Assembly (NCBI RefSeq): GCF_036971445.1
Contig: NC_091480.1
Coordinates: forward strand, 6,634,001-6,698,000
Direction: 5' to 3'
Origin: Narcine bancroftii
Lineage: Eukaryota
DNA length: 64,000 nt
The position numbers were made by a program, and so were the translations under genes. The notes under the pieces were generated by a model, which was given only the letters and a program-made list of their open reading frames with translations, made no database searches and had not been told where the DNA came from. This document shows, in pieces, positions 52,001 to 64,000 of this stretch (positions are counted from its first letter, which is position 1; each line of letters begins with the position of its first letter).

Positions 52001-53980
52001 ATCAATTCTTCAACCAATTACTTCAATAAACGATGTATTTGCTGTTACCTCCAGCCTAGTAACAGAACCATCATTGATTATCTCAGTTTGCACAAATTCC
52101 TGGAGCCCAACAATTACAAAAATTTTTGGAAGAGTCTCAGGATGTATATGGATAATAAATGATTTCCATTTTTATGTGTCCTAAAGTCAGGAAAAGCTCA
52201 AAAATCACTCAAGGTGATGACCATACCCCCGCAGTATTGTAATGAGTGGCATGAAATGCACTTAAGACTGATAAGCAGGAATAATTACTTAAAGTGGAGA
52301 GAGGAAACCATTTCTGCTGCTCGTAGGTGCGGGCATCAAACCTTTGAACTTAATAATTCCGGGATCTTGTTCATGTGTATGGTGTTTAAAACCTGCAGAT
52401 GTAAAGTAATCGTTGGCCTCCATACATGCTCTGGCAAAATGTTTGTTACACATAACCACAGTGCAAGCATGTTTAACGTAATTAATATCAGCTCCAAATT
52501 TCTGCTACATTTAACAATTCAACCTAATCAGCCATGATGTATCAAAGAGGAGCTGCATGCCCCTGATGAAGGTGATACATGAAACTGCTTTTTTACTTTT
52601 TCTCAAATTTTATAACTCACATGGTCAGGAGACAGGATTTCAGTTTAATATCTCTTCTAATTTTTGACTCCGTCGGAGTGTTCATCTTTTTCAGAGTGCA
52701 ATGTGAAATGTTGCTCTTCAAATCAAAGATGCATTAAAATTATGATCCTTTATCAGTTGCTTTATTGATTGGATGAAAGAAAATTCATCTAATCTTTACT
52801 GTAATTGTCTGTAAGCTTTCTGCATTATCTGATGCTGACAATGGGCCAAGCAACTTACTGGGCTGTCTAGTTAAGATAAAGTATGCAACATATAGCATTA
52901 CATCCCAAAACATGAGTATGTTGGCCTGTTAATTTCTTACAGTGATTCGCAGTATATTCAATGGTTTTTTTTTTCTTGCCTGCAGCAAGGACATGTTTGC
53001 AACTATGGAGGTTATTGGCCAGTTTAATCTGGGATTTATTGTCACCAAGTTGGAATCAGACCTGTTCATTGTTGACCAGCATGCCACTGATGAGAAGTAC
53101 AACTTTGAGATGCTGCAACAACACACCATTCTTCAAGGTCAAAAACTGATAGCGTAAGGCTTTTGCTTCTTGTGCATCCGGTGTGTTTTTTTTTTTAATA
53201 AAAGCTTTCCACTGAACAGGTATTTTGGAATTTCTGCCCACGAAGGCAGTTTCCTCATTAACAATGGAGCAGAAGTGAGTGAAGGATGGTGCATCTGTAG
53301 AAGTTGTTGAAGGACAAAGTGGGAGAGGCATGCTGAACATCCTTGATCTTCTAAGAGAGTTGAGATGTTGGGGCATTCTCTTGACTGTTACAGAAAACGT
53401 GGTTGGTCCAGGTCAGGTCACTGGAATTGTTTACTGTATATGCAGTTGTATAGGATGACGTGTATAGAACAACCCTGGAATTTCCATCTAAAATGTTGAT
53501 TTTAAGCGATATCCTTTGTACAAGATGAACCCCACCCCCCCACCCCCCAGGAAAAAAATCTGGCATTGACTGCTGACCAGTGGATGCTGTTAAAAACAAA
53601 TCACAATATTTTAATAACAAATGATCATTTAAAGGTTTAAACTTTATTTGGATATTTTAAAATAAACCACTGTTGGCTCCTGTAACAGACTATTTAAAGC
53701 CTGAACAGAGCCGACAACAGTTGGACCAGGCAGATGGGCATTGCGATTTCACAGTTAGCTAATGGGGCATGTGCAAGATTGCATTGGAGCTGGCGGGAAG
53801 ATGGCAGCAGTGTTGTGACTTCATCTTCAAGGTAGGAATTTTGTATAGGATGACCCTGATTTTAAGGTAAAAATTTTAAGTTTCTATCATTCCCATACAA
53901 CGCATATACGGTACTTCGAAGTCCTTGAAGATATTTATTCATTCCATGCAAGCACCATTGTTGTGGATACGGTTGTGACT

Positions 53981-54011
<31 letters not shown>

Positions 54012-56608
54012 TGAAGGGCCAAATGGTCTCTTTTTGTGCCATAACAATTTTTTGTTTATAACAAGGATTTTCTCTTTTGATTCCATAATTTCAGACCCCA
54101 AAATCTTCATTTAACAGCAGTGAGTGAAAATATACTGATGGAAAACATGGACATCTTCAGAAAGAATGGGTTTGATTTCATTACAAATGAGCAAGGTTGG
54201 TTTGACATTTTTTACTTAAAACATAGGGCAGAGGCTTTGTTCAATGGTCATATGGGAAACATCTGAAACTTTGAACCACAGCCCTTTGAGGTGTAGATGC
54301 CCCGTTTCTTTCCATCTCCTGCTGACCGATGGGTTTTCTTTTTGTCTTTCGCGGTTCTCTATACAGCACTTCCCACTGAGAGGGTGAAGCTGGTTTCCCT
54401 GCCAATGAGCAAGAACTGGACTTTTGGTGTGCAAGACATTGAGGAGCTGATTTTCATGTTGAGCGACAGCCCCGGGGTTATGTGTCGGCCATCCCGAGTG
54501 AGACAAATGTTTGCTTCCAGAGCCTGCAGGAAATCAGTAAGTGCTGCTCAGTGTTTCCACTAGTAAGTATCTTGAATGATTACCAGATGGCTGTAATGCA
54601 GCCATTCTCAATGGGGGCCCTACAGACCCTCTAGGGTCCTGGCAGACCTCTTTCTCCCCCCCCCCCCCCTCAATTTGTGCATCCACCTCTTCCAATGAAT
54701 CGGGCTTGGGGAAATTAAGGTGGCTTCTGCTTGCACTGCAATGATTCTCGATGAAATGCATGTGTGGCAGAGTTATGCAGTGCTTTTAAGGGACATTTCT
54801 ACAGCAGATAAATTGGCATGAGAAGAATGCAGACTTAGTTTGAGCAAATGGGATTAGTGTAGATGAGCAAGAAAGTCCAAGTGTTTTGCCCCACAACTTC
54901 TATACTCCTTTCCATCTACACATTTGCCCATGCTCAGTCAGAATCCTTCCATGCCTTTCTTATTCAAAGTAGTAATTGTGTCTGAACACTTCATCTGGCA
55001 GTGACTTCCAGAATCTATGCCCTCTTGTGTTTTTATATCCCTGCTATGGGAGAAAGATTCTAACAATCCATCCATGTAAAGTACGACCAAAAGTCCAGAC
55101 TGCTCAGGGATTGGGCCAGTCCGGATGTTCAGATTTTCCAGATTCTTGGGCCATACTTTCAAAATTCAAAAGAAGAGCTGAAAGGGAAAATTTTGAGTTT
55201 ATTCATTAGCAAATACAGTGTGCTTCATTTATCAAATGAAGAAAAATAAAGTCAACAAGCGCGGTCGCTAGTTGCCGCTATGCAACTGTGTTGCTTATGC
55301 ATGCACGCAAAATCCCGCTAAATTAAAAAGGTTTGAGAGTTTCAAACTCTAGACTCTTGGTTAGTTTGGATTTTTGGCATCTGGATTTTTGGACTTCTAT
55401 TAGGTCACCCCTCACCCGCCTATGCTTTAGAGAAAACTAACTTAGCCTATCTTAATTTTTCACCATATCTAAAATATTCCAATCAAGACTACATTCCAGT
55501 GATTCTCCTCTGCAATCCCTAGAGCATCCACATCCTTCCTTTGTTGTGGCAACCAGATCTCCGCACAATACTCCAAGTGCTGCCTAATCAGTGTTTTGTA
55601 AAGATACAACCCTCTCAACTTTTATATTCAATGCTCTGACTTAAGGCAAATGAGCTATGAGCCTTCTTCATCATCGCATTTACTGCTATTGTAACTTTGA
55701 TGGAACTGGGCTTATCTCCAAGGTCTCTCCACCTTGCCAATAACTACAAACGTTCTATCCCTATTTGACTATGAAATGCATCACCTCACAACTTGTTGGG
55801 ATTAAATAGCTTTGCCCAAAGTCTTACATCCTGCTGTAACCATCCTTCCTTCTATCCATTGCACAACCAACTTTTTAGCATCATCTGCAGATTTGCTCAT
55901 CATACTTCCTACATTTACATTCAAGTTTTTGATATCAGAAACTACAAAGCTCTCAGCACTGTATGGTTGAGGAAACTAAACTGCAAAGCAACTTCCTGTT
56001 AAATAACCCTATAATTTACTGTATATGTTGGCATATAAGGCAACTGGGTATTCAAGACGACCCCAGAATTTTCATTTTAGTTGTAGGTTTTGAGGTATAC
56101 TTGCTGTATAATACTGTATAAGTCATTGTTTTTGAGAATCAGAATTTATTGACATGAACATGTCATGAAATTCTTTGCTTTCTGGCAGCATTACAGTGCA
56201 AATATTGCTATAAATAAATTGTGCAAGAAAATAGGACAAAATGAGGTAGTGTCTGTGCTCCATTGTCCAGGAGATGAGGGCAGTACTGAGACAAAATCTT
56301 GAACCCAAGTAAGGTACCCATGTCTTTATATTTTTCGACACCTGCCGTCATTTGTTCATACCTTAATGAAGCATTGATTATCTTTGCTACATAAAGTACA
56401 TTGTTTGTCCTGCTGAGTTTCTCCAGCTTTGTGTTTTTTATGTCATACAACTGTTTATCAACAGGTGATGATTGGGACTGCACTTACTATCAGCGAGATG
56501 AAGAAGATGGTTACCCACATGGGTGAGATAGAGCATCCCTGGAATTGCCCACATGGACGGCCAACCATGAGACATCTAATCAACTTGGACATGATATCTG
56601 TGGAATGA
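28323..56608 (+). CDS. PMS2: Mismatch repair endonuclease PMS2 (MutL-alpha subunit), 15 coding exons, ~858 aa
   Basis: Exons 28323-28333 (inferred ATG GAA GGC TG|GT, directly before the N gap), 30424-30563, 31458-31544, 32685-32787, 34800-34983, 35940-36107, 40305-40402, 42440-42539, 47824-47908, 48327-48479, 50006-50870, 52986-53153, 54095-54195, 54367-54536, 56465-56608. Total 2577 nt in frame. GHKL motifs ([21 protein letters not shown]), endonuclease [15 protein letters not shown] and CPHGRP. Confidence 0.97.
28336..28463. other. Assembly gap (128 N)
   Basis: Run of N directly after the putative PMS2 exon 1 donor GT. Confidence 0.99.
28464..29268. repeat. Inverted repeat with ~270 bp arms derived from an L1 ORF2 C-terminal fragment
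   Basis: 28464-28730 is the near-exact reverse complement of 28995-29268. The right arm encodes a degenerate zinc knuckle (CDSCK..WSCP) and continues as an L1 3' end to ~29740. Confidence 0.85.
28914..29001 (+). pseudogene. Partial duplicate of PMS2 exon 3 with its splice acceptor, inside intron 1
   Basis: cctctcttgtgtgggatgattttcag|aaattagattgaaagaatttggagcggatttgattgaggtatcagataatgga is nearly identical to 31432-31520. Confidence 0.9.
29990..30247. mobile_element. hAT/Charlie-type MITE
   Basis: CAAAGGTGGCCAAAC...GTTTGGCCATCCCTG ends; degenerate 8-bp TSD GTTGAAGC/GTTTAAAC. Confidence 0.7.
36215..36700 (+). mobile_element. CR1-type LINE 3' fragment
   Basis: [42 protein letters not shown]. 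Confidence 0.85.
37020..37062. repeat. (CA)n microsatellite; also (CA)n ~30865-30898, (TC)n ~53981-54005, (TA)n ~62659-62683
   Basis: Visible dinucleotide runs. Confidence 0.95.
37265..39710 (+). mobile_element. Internally deleted Gypsy/Ty3 LTR retrotransposon
   Basis: Partial 5' LTR 37265-37390 and full 3' LTR 39492-39710 (TG..CA) share sequence; purine-rich tract before the 3' LTR. Frameshifted RT (FPYLDIV), RNase H ([22 protein letters not shown]) and integrase (HPG..CPIC..DFKGPLP). Flanks ATCAC/ATCGC. Confidence 0.93.
44569..47690 (-). pseudogene. 5S rRNA-derived sequence split in two by the L1 insertion (44569-44659 and 47646-47690)
   Basis: Reverse complement reads ...GTCTGATCTCGGAAGCTAAGCAGG..TGGTCAGTACTTGGAGGGGAGACC..CTGTTGGTTTTT, matching vertebrate 5S rRNA box A, box C and 3' end. 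A degenerate 5' part follows the right-hand TSD. Confidence 0.88.
44660..47645 (-). mobile_element. 5'-truncated L1-clade LINE (frameshifted ORF2)
   Basis: ORF fragments with [35 protein letters not shown] and a zinc-knuckle region. A-rich 3' end at 44660. 16-bp TSD CGAGATCAGACAATTT at 44644-44659 and 47646-47661. Confidence 0.93.
51400..51790 (-). mobile_element. CR1-type LINE 3' fragment
   Basis: [30 protein letters not shown]. Confidence 0.8.
53434..53911. mobile_element. Tc1/Tigger-type MITE, copy 2
   Basis: TA|CTGTATATGCAGTTGTATAGGA...CCCATACAACGCATATACGG|TA. Confidence 0.8.
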
Positions 56609-57769
56609 ATATCATCGTGTTACCACTGTAGTGCTTTGCATTCCGGGTGTGTTTCCAGGAAGGGACCATACTAATGAAATCAGCCCAACATGTGGTCTCG
56701 CTAGTATTGCATCTAAAGATATGAAGATTAGATATAAATGTATACGTATACTGGCAGTACTACTATGCTGGAAAACTTGCACAGACTCCTGCTCTCCCTG
56801 CTGTGCTGGGAATCTGCAATCTAGCATTTAATTTCCCCTGGAAATTCCCGCAGATGCGGGAATTGGAGCATCAAAGAATCTGCTGAAAGTACTGTTATTT
56901 CAGGTGGGAATCCTTCATGATCTCTGACTTGCTGAAAGGTTTCCACCTGAAACATCGACCATTCTTTTTTTTCTTCTGCTGATGCTGCTCGACTCAGAGT
57001 TGCTATATTGCTATTTATTGCATTGAATTGCTCGTACCTCTGTGTCCAGGTGTTGCCTGTAAGTTCAGCCAGGCTGGGGACGAAGGACTCGGGGCTGCAC
57101 TCTGGCCAGCTGGGTCAGCATTGCGGGGTGGTCAAACTCAAAGGAAGCTCCCTCACCGAGCCATGAGGAAGTTCATTGCTGGGGGAGTGCTGACAGAGGT
57201 CAGGGATTAGCACATTCCCAGCCAACAAGAAGGAATGAGGGGGTCTGCACCAACTACCTAGCACAGAAGCCTGGAGTCTGAGCAATTGCAGCAGAGTGCA
57301 TCATTGTGAGTGTTCAGATCGAAGGATCAAGAGCTCTGCAGGTTTGCACTGTTGGGTACTAGAACATATTTTCAGATGCAATTACATTGTACAGTAGTAA
57401 ATGACCCTCCTTTTGCAATAGTGTACAAGATTGTGAAGTTTTGATCAATACTTTAGTTGTGGGAAAAATCTAATAATTTGTTTAAAAATTATAATTTTAA
57501 TGGAAATTAAACTTTTTGTACCTGTTTACAAATCAAATAAGTTCATTAATTCTTAGCTGAGTGCTTCACAATGCCATTCAGTATTCTTTTATTGCCATAT
57601 AGTAGTACAGAACAAATAATATTACACACAATTGCCCTCTACCTGCCAGAAGGCAGACAAAGAGATGCCAGTTGTTGCCCTTATGGTAAGAGAGCGAGAA
57701 GCAAAAGAGAGTCCCCTCAGAGGCACTGAGTGTTCATGGATTTTCATTAGGGATGAAGCTTGGTGAACC

Positions 57770-58159
57770 TACCCCATTGCCCATGGTAACATGGAATATA
57801 GACTGATTGGGTTAAAGTTACATGCCTAATTATACTCTACTGTAACACAATATAGATATGGGTTTGTATGTGACCGACACTAACTAACCCTGGCCCAATT
57901 TATCTGTATTCTGTTACACTAGACAGAGTGGTGATGAAAAGAAAGTGCATTATTTCCCTTCATTGGTGCTGGTAAAGATGGGGAGGGGGGGAGAGATGGG
58001 AAGCATTTCAACCATGTGCTCCTCTGTGCCCCACAGCGCTCAGGGGGTGGACGTTCGCAACCGCATGTCCGGACCAGCCGGAGCCTCGCGGCGCTTCGTC
58101 GTCCGTGTGCGCAGGCGCGCGAAGCGGTCACCTTGGCCACCGCGGCCCACCATGCCAAC
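57770..58159 (+). promoter_or_regulatory. RSPH10B promoter with RFX X-box-like and NRF1-like motifs
   Basis: CpG-rich from ~58030. TTGCCCATGGTAAC at 57777-57790, GTCACCTTGGCCAC at 58127-58140, TGCGCAGGCGCG at 58108-58119. Confidence 0.6.
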
Positions 58160-63367
<5,208 letters not shown>

Positions 63368-64000
63368 GTAAGAGTTAATATGTTATCATTTTTAGAGTTG
63401 AGTTTATTGTCACGTGAACAGAGGTACAGTGAAAAGCTTTGTTTTGAGTGCTATTCAGGCATGGCAAAAAAAAAATTGGCGCTCTTCAGAGACATTTAGA
63501 ATTTGAAATTCACAGAAAGCATGTCGAGAACAAAGTAATGAGATTAATTGTGGCAGCGGTCAAACTGGGTTTCTATCATTTTAACACAACAGGCAAATCA
63601 GATCCATGCACAGCGGCTTCTTGCCATTCCCAAGTGCCACACTGTTGTTGGTGGGCAGAGGGAATCAGGCACAGTTGCTCTGTGCTGTCAGTCATAGTCA
63701 CCGTAAATTGGCATCCGTAGCCACAGAAACTATTCTGGCTCTGGTTACCATAACCACTGGTGCCTTGGCCTCTGGCTTAGCCATGACCACCATGCATGGT
63801 GAATTTAAATCCTCCCCCCCCCCCCCCCCCCCCACTGTATACAGGTTTGATGAGAAGTAGGAACACTGAGCTGATCTGTGGGTTCGATCCCTGCACCCCT
63901 GTACTGATCTGAATGCTGCCACTGACAGACTGTGGAGTTGGAGCTGGACTCATGTACTCTGATCGGATTGAAGAGCTGGGACTATAGTGGCGTTGAGAAG

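Noticed and set aside
63813-63834. Long poly-C/G tracts (also ~10355, 10762, 39108, 54655, 58667)
   Set aside because: Mostly within repeat families and homopolymer lengths are unreliable; no support for a function.

Overview
Vertebrate genomic DNA, not microbial. The repeat landscape (V-SINEs, CR1, Penelope, L1, RTE) suggests a cartilaginous fish, probably a ray (inference). The window holds the gene block known from human 7p22.1: the 3' half of EIF2AK1/HRI (+), ANKRD61 (-) nested in an EIF2AK1 intron, AIMP2 (-), PMS2 (+, 15 coding exons) head-to-head with AIMP2 across a ~420 bp CpG-rich promoter, and the first four coding exons of RSPH10B (+). All exons were read from the sequence with phase-compatible splice sites; comparisons to human proteins and exon sizes are from memory, not from alignments. 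Introns are rich in transposons. I found no clearly new multi-gene system. The most interesting items are: a 5S rRNA-LINE-tail chimera split by an L1 with a 16-bp TSD; an inverted duplication in PMS2 intron 1 enclosing a misplaced partial copy of exon 3 (beside an assembly gap); a SOCS-box-like C-terminus and a probable GC splice donor in ANKRD61; missing heme-regulatory CP motifs and a hinge Cys>Gly in HRI; and Penelope-derived hammerhead-like motifs, one amplified into a minisatellite.
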